A stretch of DNA of 64,000 nt, taken from assembly GCA_944388955.1 (NCBI GenBank), contig CALXKJ010000007.1, positions 57,671 to 121,670 on the forward strand, written 5' to 3'. Source of the stretch: an uncultured Spirochaetaceae bacterium (GTDB lineage Bacteria; Spirochaetota; Spirochaetia; Sphaerochaetales; Sphaerochaetaceae). Shown piece by piece: positions 36,493-46,200 of the stretch. Made by a program: the position numbers and the translations under genes. The notes below the pieces were generated by a model. It made no database searches. It worked only from the letters and a program-made list of their open reading frames with translations, and was not told where the DNA came from. Numbering within the stretch: the stretch's first letter is position 1; the number at the start of each line of letters is the position of its first letter.

Positions 36493-37806
36493 GTGTTGCC
36501 GATTCATTCTCTTTTTCATACAATGCGGGAGATGTTTCACAGGATTGCTCTTGTCATTCTGATAGTCCTATCTCTCGCATCCTGCGCCTCTACAAAGGAT
36601 TTTGTTTCTCCAATAGCCGTCTCTGATACAATGAGCCTTGACGAGAAGCTTTCAGCCTTCGGAGGTGAGAGGGTTTCTGTCCCTTATCCTGAGGTTTTCT
36701 TCGATGGCACGGAATGGATGGCGAGGCTTACCCAGCTTATAGAGGAAGCGGAAGACTATATTCTTATATCGACATTCCTTGGCTCTTTCTCCGATAGTGA
36801 GGTAGGGCTCTTCAGAGCGCTTATGGAAGCGGCGGAACGTGGCATTGATGTCTATTTCATCATGGATGGAATCTCTTCCTATGATATGACAGAGACGCAG
36901 AAATACATGACGCCTCTCTATTTCCTCAAATCAAGTGGCATCCATCTGATTGAATACAATCCTCTTTCTGGAATGAATCTCATCAATCCGATGACTGTTG
37001 TTATCCGCGACCATCGCAAACTGATTGTCATAGATGGGGAGATGGCAGCCATAGGAGGGATGAATCTCAATTACATTTCAATCGGGGCAGGGGAAGGCAG
37101 GACACAGCGGGACAGTACATATCTATTTGAATCATCATCGCTTTCGAGAGCTTTGATGAAAAGCTTCGTCAGAATATGGAATGAATCATCTGTAGAGAAA
37201 ATCGATGAATCAATGTTCCCTATAAAAGACGGTGAGGATGGTGAATACAGTGCCTATCTTTTCAACATGGAGCTTGGTGGGGATGTGAGCATCCCTGGAA
37301 TGTATTCATCGCTTTTCAATGAGGCAGAGGAGCGTGTGATTCTCTTCCCGTATCTTCCTATGCTTGATAAGAACATGAAAAGCGCAGTCAGGGAAGCAAC
37401 TGAGCGAGGTGTGGATGTGGATTTCGTCATGCCTGTTGATCTCAGGGGCTATGCGGCAAGCGGGGTTTACCAGATGCTTCCGTCCCTCATAGAAGATACA
37501 GGGGTGGAAATATACATAACCGCGTATGGCGAGAATGGTGAGATTCTGCCGCTCCTTCATGAGAAGCTTATGGTTGTCGATTCCGACAAAGTCGTTATAG
37601 GCTCCGCGAATTTCAATTTCCGCTCTATGAAGCTATCTCATGAGCTCGCGCTTGTGATTGAGTCTGAAGAGCTTGCTGCGATGCTGACGGAGCATGCTGA
37701 GAAGATAATGGCTATCTCTGAGTATGTCGACTACGACGAGGCTGAAAGACGCAAAGCCGAAGAAGGCAATGTCTTCAGTTATCTCTTCACTTATTTCGGA
37801 GGCTGA
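36493..37806 (+). CDS. Phospholipase D-family (cardiolipin synthase-like) lipoprotein with two HKD motifs
   Basis: HKD1 RDHRKLIVIDG...GGMN and HKD2 LHEKLMVVDSDKVVIGSANFN. Lipobox LSLASC. The start is uncertain (GTG 36493, ATG 36523 or ATG 36532). Confidence 0.8.
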   Translation: MLPIHSLFHTMREMFHRIALVILIVLSLASCASTKDFVSPIAVSDTMSLDEKLSAFGGERVSVPYPEVFFDGTEWMARLTQLIEEAEDYILISTFLGSFSDSEVGLFRALMEAAERGIDVYFIMDGISSYDMTETQKYMTPLYFLKSSGIHLIEYNPLSGMNLINPMTVVIRDHRKLIVIDGEMAAIGGMNLNYISIGAGEGRTQRDSTYLFESSSLSRALMKSFVRIWNESSVEKIDESMFPIKDGEDGEYSAYLFNMELGGDVSIPGMYSSLFNEAEERVILFPYLPMLDKNMKSAVREATERGVDVDFVMPVDLRGYAASGVYQMLPSLIEDTGVEIYITAYGENGEILPLLHEKLMVVDSDKVVIGSANFNFRSMKLSHELALVIESEELAAMLTEHAEKIMAISEYVDYDEAERRKAEEGNVFSYLFTYFGG

Positions 37807-37807
37807 T

Positions 37808-38302
37808 ATGAAGAAAATCATTCTTGCAGTCATCATATTGCTTTCAGCCTTCAATATTTTTTCTTCGGCATCCTTCGGCTATTCCCTCGCGCCTGTTGGT
37901 GCGATGACACCGACAGGGAATTACGGGGCGCTTACTATCTCGGCAATCTTCTCTCCATATAAGGAGACGCATATCGGAGATATGGAGCTTGCTATTGATC
38001 TGTCTCCGGTTTATCCATTCTTCGAGAGTGCGAGGGCAAGGATACAGAGTCCTTTATTCATGTTTCTTCATCATCCATTCAACTGGATGTTCCATAATAG
38101 CGTAATCTGGTCTCCTCTGCTTTCATTCGGAGCTGAATATCGTCTTAGGAATGAATGGAGTATAACCATGGGGCTTTCTCCTTTCGCATTCCAGAATACG
38201 CATTTCATCTATGAGTTCTTCTCCCCATACGCTATCTATTCCATCACTTCAGACAAGTGGGGCTGGGGGATGTATATCATGAGATTCTCATATTTCTTCT
38301 AG
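37808..38302 (+). CDS. Small secreted protein, candidate outer-membrane beta-barrel
   Basis: ATG 37808 is preceded by GGAGG, 1 nt after the PLD stop. Signal peptide MKKIILAVIILLSAFNIFSSA. The protein is aromatic-rich and ends RFSYFF. Confidence 0.55.
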   Translation: MKKIILAVIILLSAFNIFSSASFGYSLAPVGAMTPTGNYGALTISAIFSPYKETHIGDMELAIDLSPVYPFFESARARIQSPLFMFLHHPFNWMFHNSVIWSPLLSFGAEYRLRNEWSITMGLSPFAFQNTHFIYEFFSPYAIYSITSDKWGWGMYIMRFSYFF

Positions 38303-38308
38303 GAGGCT

Positions 38309-38836
38309 GTGATGAGAAGAAAGATTTCTGTCCTTGCTGTGATTCTTTTCCTTTCAATACCAGTCTTCGCTGGGGATTATCATGATATAGCATTGGGTTT
38401 TGGCCATCAGACATATAAGTGGCCAGAGAAGGGCATAAGCTTTTCCTATTCATTCTCACTTGGTCTTACAGAGCGGATGGAGCTTGATATATGGGGAAAT
38501 TCAGAAGCGGTGCCAAAGCCCTTCGCGTCAAATCTTTTCGGCGTTGATCTCACATTCTCTCTTCTGGGAGCGAGATCGACAGCATCGCGTGTTGCGGGGA
38601 GCGGTATAAACATGCTTCTTTCAGTAGGTGGTTTCTATTCAACCTCTGACAACGGTGCTGGACCCATGATATCGATAACACCACTGACAGTAGGAACTCC
38701 GATCTCTGGAAGCAGGGAAAGGCTTCTCAGGACCGGAGTCGGTTATGATTTCGTTAACTGGAAATTCGTGATTACATTCTCGCTGCTATCTGTAGATTAT
38801 TATGTCAGAGGCAGCTGGCGAGACTACACGTTCTGA
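38309..38836 (+). CDS. Small secreted protein, candidate outer-membrane beta-barrel
   Basis: Signal peptide MMRRKISVLAVILFLSIPVFAG. It has alternating-hydrophobic segments and ends WRDYTF. Confidence 0.55.
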   Translation: MMRRKISVLAVILFLSIPVFAGDYHDIALGFGHQTYKWPEKGISFSYSFSLGLTERMELDIWGNSEAVPKPFASNLFGVDLTFSLLGARSTASRVAGSGINMLLSVGGFYSTSDNGAGPMISITPLTVGTPISGSRERLLRTGVGYDFVNWKFVITFSLLSVDYYVRGSWRDYTF

Positions 38837-39280
38837 TTATTTTCCCTCCAGTGCCATCATCTTCTCGATACGACGCTCGTGACGGCCACCCTGGAATGTG
38901 GCATCAATATAGCCATCGAGGATATCAAGAGGGTTTTCGCTATATTCAATACGGCCTCCAAAAGCGATGAAATTGGCATTGTTATGCTCTTTTGCCATAG
39001 TAGCTGCATACTTTGTCTCAGGAAGCGCGCATCTGATGCCTTTCATCTTATTTGCCGATATTGATATCCCGATGCCTGTCCCGCATAGAAGAACACCGAA
39101 ATCATAGCCTCCTTTGCGGTACTCCATTACAGCTTCCTCTGCTTTGTCTGGATAGTCGATGCTCTCTTCATGATCTATGCCCAGATATGTTACCTCAAAG
39201 CCTCTTTTCTCAAGATGCCTTACGACTTCCGCTGCCAGTGAGACAGCACCATGATCATTGGCTACAACTGCTTTTGACAT
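38837..39280 (-). CDS. rpiB: Ribose-5-phosphate isomerase B (RpiB/LacA/LacB family)
   Basis: VVANDHGAVSL and LLCGTGIGISISANKMKGIRCAL. ATG 39280 lies 5 nt after GGAGG. The ORF track start is TTG 39292. Confidence 0.9.
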   Translation of the reverse strand: MSKAVVANDHGAVSLAAEVVRHLEKRGFEVTYLGIDHEESIDYPDKAEEAVMEYRKGGYDFGVLLCGTGIGISISANKMKGIRCALPETKYAATMAKEHNNANFIAFGGRIEYSENPLDILDGYIDATFQGGRHERRIEKMMALEGK

Positions 39281-39428
39281 TTCAGCCTCCAATGGATTTT
39301 AGCATTCAATGCCTATGATGCGGAAGATGGGGTTGAAATCAGGGGGAAATCTATTTCTTTCAGCAGTTTGCTTGCAGCAACCATAGTACGCACATTATTT
39401 CATCAGCTTCATTCATGATATCTATGCC

Positions 39429-39674
39429 TCAGCAGGACAAAACCTCATTATTCCAGAAACATGATAAGCTGGTATATCCGAGAATATCGTCATTCTCATT
39501 TGTCACAAGATAGGTTCTGGCATTGTCACTCTTCTCATAAGCGACAGCATTGGTACGGATGAAGTTTTCAACATCCGGATTTCTCTTCACAGAAAAAGAG
39601 GATAAAGCCTGTAAAGCCCTATCCTCTCCTACGAGATCCATGAACTCACGGAGCTCAGTACACTCCAATCTCAT
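39429..39674 (-). pseudogene. N-terminal half of a GNAT-type (TacT/KacT-like) toxin; truncated
   Basis: 81 aa. FSVKRNPDVENFIRTNAVAYEKSDNARTYLVTNENDDILGYTSLS resembles the N-terminal half of ~160-175-aa GNAT toxins. The acetyl-CoA-binding half is absent, and the following 130 nt contain stops in all frames. Confidence 0.4.
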
Positions 39675-39865
39675 TTACCATACCTTGCCTTAAGTCTTGC
39701 AGCTTTTTCAGGCGTCATCGTAGTTGCCTCTTTGAAGCGAGCCTTGGCTTCTGGAGTGCTCAGCCTCTTTACAGTGGGAGAGCCGTTGTCGATAGCTTTC
39801 TCAAGGTTCTTGATGCCCCAGTCTGGGTTTACAGTAAAAGTTCTGCTGAATGATTCTGTCGCCAT
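39671..39865 (-). CDS. Small hypothetical protein (possible cognate antitoxin), 4-nt overlap with the downstream fragment
   Basis: 64 aa, Lys/Arg-rich C-terminus, GGAGGC RBS. No family recognised. Confidence 0.35.
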   Translation of the reverse strand: MATESFSRTFTVNPDWGIKNLEKAIDNGSPTVKRLSTPEAKARFKEATTMTPEKAARLKARYGK

Positions 39866-39969
39866 GGCAATGCCTCCTTCACTTTGAATTTATATGGAAA
39901 ACGCATTTCCGGATACAATTAAATGACAAAACATTCAAATCATCAACATATTGTTAATGAATCTCTTTC

Positions 39970-40009
39970 AAACGCTTTGTCAATTTTCTTATATTTTGAC
40001 AAAACGCTT
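39970..40009. promoter_or_regulatory. Imperfect inverted repeat AAACGCTTTGTCAA-N12-TTGACAAAACGCTT in a divergent promoter region
   Basis: 12 of 14 positions are complementary. A third half-site, TGACAAAAC, is at 39924-39932, and a second small inverted repeat, GGAAA-N5-TTTCC, is at 39896-39910. Confidence 0.5.
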
Positions 40010-40114
40010 ATGCGAAATTGTATTATTGCCAATAAATTTTGAATTTAATGACCAATTTTATATTCCTGCTTTATTCTACTTTCTATCTCAACTGAAATGC
40101 TTTAGCATTTAGGC

Positions 40115-41749
40115 ATGAGAGTTTATATCACAGGGCACCGCAACCCCGACATGGATTCTGTGTGCTCGGCATACGCTTATTCAGTACTGAAGAACAAGAT
40201 TGATGAAGATAACGAATATATTCCAGTGATGCTTGGAAAAGGGAATAGGAATACAGTGAAGGTTTTCTCTTCACTGGGACTTGAGATGCCTATGTATCTT
40301 CATGATGTGCGGCCTCGTGTTGCAGCCGTGCAGCGGAAGCCCGTGACCTCTGTGAAGAGCTCTGATCCGCTTTTCATGCTTATGGATATCTTCCAGCGTC
40401 TTAAGCCATCTGTTGTTCCTGTAATCGATGAGGATGGATATAAAGCACTCCTTTCAGCCGATGACATAAATGCATTCTTCCTTCGTGAGAACAGAAGTGG
40501 TGCAAGACAGCTTTATCTCCTTTCAGAAGATAACATCGAGCGCACGATAGAAGGTGAGTATGTGAAGAGAAGCGGCAGCGATGTTCTCCGCGCTCCCTAT
40601 ATGGTGGGCGCTATGGAGTATCAGGTGTATCTTGAGCGTCTTGGAAGGTGTGTTGATAAACCCGTACTTGTGATAGGAAACAGACCAAAGCATCTCAGAG
40701 CTGCTGTTGAGCATCAGCTTCCAGGGATTGTCGTAACAGGTGTTTCCGCACCATCAGAGCTGAAGATTGATTTCTCTTCATTCCATGGCTTTGTTTATCT
40801 TTCCATGCTTGATACCGCTGAAACACTTCGTCTGCTGCGCCTTTCCACACCTATTTCAGACATCATCCCCTCATATCCGGCAGATAACCGCATTGATGGT
40901 GATATGCTTTTCGATGATGCGAAGAAAAAACTTCAAGACAGTGGCTTCAGAGGGCTCTCTGTATTCCAGAATGGAGTCTGGACCGGATTTGTGACAAGGA
41001 GATGTTTCCTCGATAAACCTCGGCAGAAACTCATACTCATGGATCATAATGAAGCGGAGCAGAGCGTGCCAGGTATTGAAGATGGTGAAATCATTGAAAT
41101 ACTCGACCATCATAGACTCGCGGCCCCAAGGATGCGAAATCCTATCTACATATGCTCAGAGCCGCTTGGCTCAACATGCTCAATTGTCTATGAGCAGTTC
41201 AAGAAGTGGGGTGTGGATATAGATCCTGTCACTGCCAGGGTCCTCCTTTCAGGTCTCGTAGCAGATACAGTCATGCTTAAGAGCCCGACAACCACTTCTT
41301 ACGATAAGCATGTGGCGAGAAGGCTTTCAGAGATAGCTTCTGTCAATGATTTCGATGCATTCTGCAAGGATATCTTTGCTGATGATCACAATCTGGCGGA
41401 GAAGGATCCAAAGACAGTCATTGAGAGCGATATGAAGATTTATGATGAAAGCGGTGTCAAGTTCGCAATCGGACAGGTCGAGGTCATGAATCTCGAAGAG
41501 GTGAGGGACATAAAGGATGATTACCTTGAAGCTCTTGAAACTGTCAGGGAGACAAAAGCCCTGGACTGGTGTATGCTCCTCATTACAGATGTCATCAAGG
41601 AGGAATCGATTCTTCTTGCAACGGAATTCGAGAAGGAGTCACGGCTTGTCTATGACAGGATAGAGAAAGGCTGTTACTCGCTTCCTGGAGTTCTCTCGAG
41701 AAAGAAGCAGCTTCTTCCTGAGATCCTGCGAGTGCTTTCTGAAAAGTGA
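40115..41749 (+). CDS. CBS-domain-containing family II (DHH/DHHA2) inorganic pyrophosphatase
   Basis: DHH motifs GHRNPDMDS, DHNE, LDHHR and GLVADTVMLKSPTTT, with an inserted CBS/DRTGG region. 544 aa. Confidence 0.85.
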   Translation: MRVYITGHRNPDMDSVCSAYAYSVLKNKIDEDNEYIPVMLGKGNRNTVKVFSSLGLEMPMYLHDVRPRVAAVQRKPVTSVKSSDPLFMLMDIFQRLKPSVVPVIDEDGYKALLSADDINAFFLRENRSGARQLYLLSEDNIERTIEGEYVKRSGSDVLRAPYMVGAMEYQVYLERLGRCVDKPVLVIGNRPKHLRAAVEHQLPGIVVTGVSAPSELKIDFSSFHGFVYLSMLDTAETLRLLRLSTPISDIIPSYPADNRIDGDMLFDDAKKKLQDSGFRGLSVFQNGVWTGFVTRRCFLDKPRQKLILMDHNEAEQSVPGIEDGEIIEILDHHRLAAPRMRNPIYICSEPLGSTCSIVYEQFKKWGVDIDPVTARVLLSGLVADTVMLKSPTTTSYDKHVARRLSEIASVNDFDAFCKDIFADDHNLAEKDPKTVIESDMKIYDESGVKFAIGQVEVMNLEEVRDIKDDYLEALETVRETKALDWCMLLITDVIKEESILLATEFEKESRLVYDRIEKGCYSLPGVLSRKKQLLPEILRVLSEK

Positions 41750-41751
41750 AG

Positions 41752-41801
41752 AAATTATTTCTTTGCAACTCGCATGATTTCTGCAAATTATTTCTTTGCA
41801 A
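41752..41801. repeat. Two copies of AAATTATTTCTTTGCAA 33 nt apart, each containing palindromic cores
   Basis: The copies are at 41752-41768 and 41785-41801. The first contains AGAAATTATTTCT (13-nt palindrome). The second contains TGCAAA-N7-TTTGCA. GTGAAG flanks both sides. Confidence 0.75.
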
Positions 41802-41993
41802 AATGCAATTGGTGAAGTGACTTTAAGCCGCTGAATTGACAATTTAAGGTTCTGATGGTAGTTCAATTATAGGGCTTGGCGCTCGAATCGCCTCTTTGGA
41901 GAGTGGTCCATCAATGAGGTCAGGCTTATTTTTTTATCCCAACCAATTCTATTGTATATAGTGTATTGCCTTCGATATTTCTCATCTTCATCA

Positions 41994-42206
41994 TTATCTG
42001 AGCCCATCTGCGTTTACCTGAGGGGCTAGATTCACTGACTTCTCTCGTGCTTTGTTTGATATCATCTTATTGCGGACAACAGAGCCATATCTTGCAATTG
42101 TACCGTCTGAGATGTTTTTTATACTCTCTCCTTGATGTTGCTTCAGATAATACGTAGCTTGTTCATTATTAGCCGCATAAACTGTCTTTACCATTTTCCC
42201 TAGCAA
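41994..42206 (-). CDS. Hypothetical small ORF downstream of relA/spoT
   Basis: 70-aa ORF (MVKTVYAANNEQATYYLKQHQGE...). No recognised family and no clear RBS. Confidence 0.2.
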   Translation of the reverse strand: MLGKMVKTVYAANNEQATYYLKQHQGESIKNISDGTIARYGSVVRNKMISNKAREKSVNLAPQVNADGLR

Positions 42207-42302
42207 AATTGATTTGTCTGGGAATTTTAAGAGATGATGAAACCAATTTCATGCCGCTAAATTATCATTTTACATTCAGATTGTGTTCTTGAGGAAGGAG
42301 AA

Positions 42303-44318
42303 TCACACACCTTGCACTTTGATTATCGATGGAATCTGCCTGATTGCTGTCGTTGTCTTCTTCATCGCTTCCTCGTTGTCCGCACTGATAGTGAATGTGC
42401 CAACAAGGCCTTCTGGCTCGACATCGAGGGAGCCTTGGATGAGATGACTGTTGTGCTTTCTTACAGCATTGTCTATCTCGCTGAAAAGCTCGGAATTGAA
42501 TTTGGCAACGACTGAGAAGCGGCGTACGAGCTCTTGGCTATCCCATTCAACAGGAACTATACGCTCATCAGCTTCAGGCATGTTGCGGAGGTTCGGACAG
42601 TCTTTTTTATGGATTACATAACCTCTGCCACGGGTTATATACGCGACAATCTCATCTCCATGCACAGGATTGCAGCACTTAGCGAAGTCGAAGAGTATGT
42701 TGCTGTTCTCGCCTATGATGACAGTGCCTTTCTTTTCATGGGAAATGAAACGTAATCCCTGAAGGGTAGGAATACGCTTCTTGGCATTCTCCATCGCTGG
42801 ATTCTGTACAGGCTGTGGCTTCTTGGCAGTCTGGGCTATAGGGAGATTGGTTGTCTCATTCTTGTTGAGCCACGCCCTTATCTTCTTCTTTGCGGATGTT
42901 GTCGCTGCGTACTCCAGCCATTGCTGGTTGGGATGCGCGCTTGGGCTTGTCATGATCTCGACTATCTGGGTGTTCGAGAGTGGCTTGTTGAGTGGGATTA
43001 TCGAGCCATCTGCTCTCGCGCCGGAGCAATGATTCCCAATCTCAGTATGTACTTTGTAAGCAAAATCAAGAGCGGTTGAGCCAACTGGAAGCTCTATGAC
43101 ATGGCCTTGCGGGGTGAAGACGACTATTGAGTCCTTCAATAGCTCATTCTTTATCTCATCCATGAAGTCCTCGCTCTGCGCAATCTCACGGGACCATGTC
43201 TTTATCTTTCTGATTATCTTCTGGTAATTGATTGAATCTACAGTCTTCCAGGTACCTGACTCAGAGCCAGAGGCCGCCTTGTAGGCCCAGTGTGCGGCAA
43301 CGCCTTCTTCCGCAGTCTTGTGCATTTCCTGCGTCCTGATCTGGATTTCAAGATGCCTGTTCTGTGGTCCAAGGACTGTGGTATGCAATGACTGGTAGTT
43401 ATTTGCCTTAGGCATTGCAATATAATCCTTGAATCTTCCCTCAATAGGTATCCACATCGAGTGGATTACACCAAGAATCGTGTAGCATTCCACCGCTGTC
43501 TGGCATATGACCCTTATGCCGAGAATGTCGTAGATTTCATCAATCTCCTTCTTTCTTTTCTTTATCTTCTGGTAGATTGAATAAGCGTGCTTTACACGTC
43601 CTGTTATCTCAATATTGTCAATTCCTGCTTTATGACATGCCTCAGCTATGGCCTTTGATACCTGTTTGATATAAGCGGTATACTCACTCTTCTTTTCGAG
43701 AAGATAACCATTGATGTAATCATAGGATTCAGGTTTAAGTGCCTTGAGCGAGAGATCCTCAAGCTCGGATTTTATCGTCTGCATACCAAGGCTGTCCGCG
43801 ATAGGGGCGAAGATATCGAGACAGTCTTCGGCGAAGGCCCTTTTCCGCTCAGGGGAGAGACCTTCTATTGTTCTCATGTTATGGAGCTTGTCAGCAAGCT
43901 TGATGAGAATCACCCTGAGATCCTTCGACATTGCGAAGAACATCTTCTTTATGGTCTCGGCTTCCTGTATCGACTTTTCATCGGTGATACGGGAAATTTT
44001 CGTCACGGCCTGAACCATTTCACCGACTTCCTTGCCGAAAATCGTCGCTATCTCTTCTTCTGTTGTATCTGTGTCCTCAAGTGTGTCATGAAGAAGTCCA
44101 GCGGAGACAGTGTCGGCATCCATACCAATCTGCATGAGTATTTCAGCAACCGCAATAGGGTGGGTTATGTAAGGCTCTCCGGACTTCCTTTTCTGGTCAC
44201 CATGCTTCTTTGCGGCAAAGACAGCGGCGGAGGCGATTTTATCTTTATCCTCATCGCTGTAGCGTATGATGTTCTTGACGAATTTATCTATCAGATCCTT
44301 GTTTGGGAAATCTTCCAT
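42303..44318 (-). CDS. relA: Bifunctional (p)ppGpp synthetase/hydrolase (RelA/SpoT homolog)
   Basis: HD hydrolase motifs HPIAVAEIL and LHDTLEDT, a synthetase region ...YQSLHTTV, and TGS and ACT-like C-terminal domains. 671 aa. Confidence 0.95.
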   Translation of the reverse strand: MEDFPNKDLIDKFVKNIIRYSDEDKDKIASAAVFAAKKHGDQKRKSGEPYITHPIAVAEILMQIGMDADTVSAGLLHDTLEDTDTTEEEIATIFGKEVGEMVQAVTKISRITDEKSIQEAETIKKMFFAMSKDLRVILIKLADKLHNMRTIEGLSPERKRAFAEDCLDIFAPIADSLGMQTIKSELEDLSLKALKPESYDYINGYLLEKKSEYTAYIKQVSKAIAEACHKAGIDNIEITGRVKHAYSIYQKIKKRKKEIDEIYDILGIRVICQTAVECYTILGVIHSMWIPIEGRFKDYIAMPKANNYQSLHTTVLGPQNRHLEIQIRTQEMHKTAEEGVAAHWAYKAASGSESGTWKTVDSINYQKIIRKIKTWSREIAQSEDFMDEIKNELLKDSIVVFTPQGHVIELPVGSTALDFAYKVHTEIGNHCSGARADGSIIPLNKPLSNTQIVEIMTSPSAHPNQQWLEYAATTSAKKKIRAWLNKNETTNLPIAQTAKKPQPVQNPAMENAKKRIPTLQGLRFISHEKKGTVIIGENSNILFDFAKCCNPVHGDEIVAYITRGRGYVIHKKDCPNLRNMPEADERIVPVEWDSQELVRRFSVVAKFNSELFSEIDNAVRKHNSHLIQGSLDVEPEGLVGTFTISADNEEAMKKTTTAIRQIPSIIKVQGV

Positions 44319-45120
44319 AAATCACACGCTCCTTGCCAGAGAGATCTTTATCGACATCGATTGATGAGAAACCTCTCATTCTAAGAAGATTAGCACATAA
44401 AGCAATCTGCCGATAGTCACACTCTATGGCAAGATAACCATTCTCCTTCAGATAATCAGGGCTTTCGCTGATGATTCTTCTTATTAGTCCAAGCCCATCA
44501 TCATCCCCGCCTATGAATGCTGCGACAGGCTCTGCTTTCACGTCTTTATCTGTTTCGATGTACCAGTTATCTGTAAGATATGGCGGGTTTGTGACGATTA
44601 TATCGAACTTCTTATCTTTCCATGGCTCCAGAAGATTGCCTTCGCGCGCATCAGGGACTTGTCCACATATTGTCTTGTAGTTTTCGATTGCGATTTCCAA
44701 GGCTTCATGTGATATATCCGAAAGCGATACCGGACGCGATAGCGCGTAACTGACAGATGCCCCGATAGCTCCGCTTCCTGTGCATAAGTCGAGAATTTCC
44801 GGATCCTTTATCGTCCTTGCTATAGCGATTGCTCTTTCAACAAGCGTTTCCGTATCAGGACGCGGTATAAGGGTTGCTTCTGTGACCCTGAAGCTGTGGC
44901 CGTAGAATTCCTTTCTGCCTGTTATGTAAGCCATGGGAATCCCGGAAAGCCTCTTTTCCAGAAGGGCAAAGGCTTTCTTCGCCTCATCGTCCGTTACTTC
45001 CCTGGAGCTTTCTGTTATCTGATGGATATCATCAAGGCCAGTTGCGATGGATATGATAATCCTGGCATCTACAGCTTCTGTCCTGCTAATGAGTTCACGT
45101 CTCAGTTCTGAGAGCTTCAC
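44284..45120 (-). CDS. prmC: Release factor glutamine N5-methyltransferase
   Basis: [13 protein letters not shown] motif and IVTNPPYL. It lies immediately downstream of prfA. Confidence 0.9.
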   Translation of the reverse strand: MKLSELRRELISRTEAVDARIIISIATGLDDIHQITESSREVTDDEAKKAFALLEKRLSGIPMAYITGRKEFYGHSFRVTEATLIPRPDTETLVERAIAIARTIKDPEILDLCTGSGAIGASVSYALSRPVSLSDISHEALEIAIENYKTICGQVPDAREGNLLEPWKDKKFDIIVTNPPYLTDNWYIETDKDVKAEPVAAFIGGDDDGLGLIRRIISESPDYLKENGYLAIECDYRQIALCANLLRMRGFSSIDVDKDLSGKERVIYGRFPKQGSDR

Positions 45121-46187
45121 GCTTCTTTCAGAGCCTCCTCTCCAGCTGCAAGACGGAGTGCATCGATAAGCTCATCGAGATCGCCTTCTATGATTGTATC
45201 GAGCTTGTACAGCGTCAGGTTGATTCTGTGGTCTGTCACCCTGTTCTGCGGGAAGTTATATGTGCGGATACGCTCTGACCTATCTCCGGAGCCGACCATG
45301 CTTCGTCTTGCATCCGCTCTTTCCTTCTGTTTCTTCGCCTCTTCGAGGTCATAGAGCCTTGAACGGAGAACACGCATCGCTTTCGCTCTGTTCTTTATCT
45401 GTGATTTCTCATCCTGGCATATAACGACAAGACCTGTAGGAAGGTGCGTGATACGTACAGCGGAATCTGTTGTGTTGACGCACTGTCCACCCGGGCCTCC
45501 AGCTCTCATGACATCTATTCTGAGATCTTCCTGCTTTATCTCGATATCTGTCTCTTCCGCTTCCGGCAGAACAGCTACAGTGATAGCCGAAGTATGGATT
45601 CTGCCTCCCGACTCGGTTTCAGGAACACGCTGCACGCGATGCACGCCAGACTCATATCTCAGATACCCGTAGACATCCTTCCCTGATATAGAGACAACTA
45701 TTTCCTTATAACCACCCATCTCCGTTTCATTGAGAGACATGACTTCCATTTTCCAATGCTTGTTTTCAGCATAATGGGAGTACATGCGGAAGATGTCGGC
45801 GGCAAAGAGTGCGGCTTCATCACCGCCAGTGCCTGCCCTGATTTCCATGATTATATTCTTCCCTTCAAGCGGGTCTGGTGGAATAAGGAGGATACGGCAT
45901 TCCTTCTCAGCGCTTTCCAGTGCGCTTTCCAGCGATGAAAGCTCCTCTTTTGCCATCTCCACGAGCTCGGCATCGCTTTCGGTGCGGATCATCTCCTTTG
46001 AATCGGCTATTGCCTTCTCGAGAGCTTTCATCTCCTCAAGTTTGTCGACAACAGGCTGAAGGTGCGCTCTTTCCTGCATGAGCGTCTTGTAGAGCTTCAT
46101 GTCGCTGAGAGCTTCCGTAGAAAGTTTTGAATCTATCTCATCAAGCTGCTTCCTGTACTCAGAAAGCTTATCTGTCAGTTCTGGCAT
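45117..46187 (-). CDS. prfA: Peptide chain release factor 1
   Basis: GGQ motif [25 protein letters not shown]. The RF1-type tripeptide position reads P-E-T in RVPETES. Confidence 0.95.
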   Translation of the reverse strand: MPELTDKLSEYRKQLDEIDSKLSTEALSDMKLYKTLMQERAHLQPVVDKLEEMKALEKAIADSKEMIRTESDAELVEMAKEELSSLESALESAEKECRILLIPPDPLEGKNIIMEIRAGTGGDEAALFAADIFRMYSHYAENKHWKMEVMSLNETEMGGYKEIVVSISGKDVYGYLRYESGVHRVQRVPETESGGRIHTSAITVAVLPEAEETDIEIKQEDLRIDVMRAGGPGGQCVNTTDSAVRITHLPTGLVVICQDEKSQIKNRAKAMRVLRSRLYDLEEAKKQKERADARRSMVGSGDRSERIRTYNFPQNRVTDHRINLTLYKLDTIIEGDLDELIDALRLAAGEEALKEA

Positions 46188-46200
46188 ATGCGCTATTATA

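Noticed and set aside
33588-39900. Genomic island integrated at tRNA-Arg, bounded by the TA-like pair
   Set aside because: There is no integrase and no direct repeat of the tRNA 3' end that I could find. rpiB inside the segment is a housekeeping-type gene. This is speculative only.
41868-41895. tRNA T-arm-like sequence GGCGCTCGAATCGCC, considered as a tRNA remnant or att site
   Set aside because: It has only a 4-bp stem. No acceptor, D or anticodon arms could be folded on either strand. It does not match the 3' end of the tRNA-Arg in this window.
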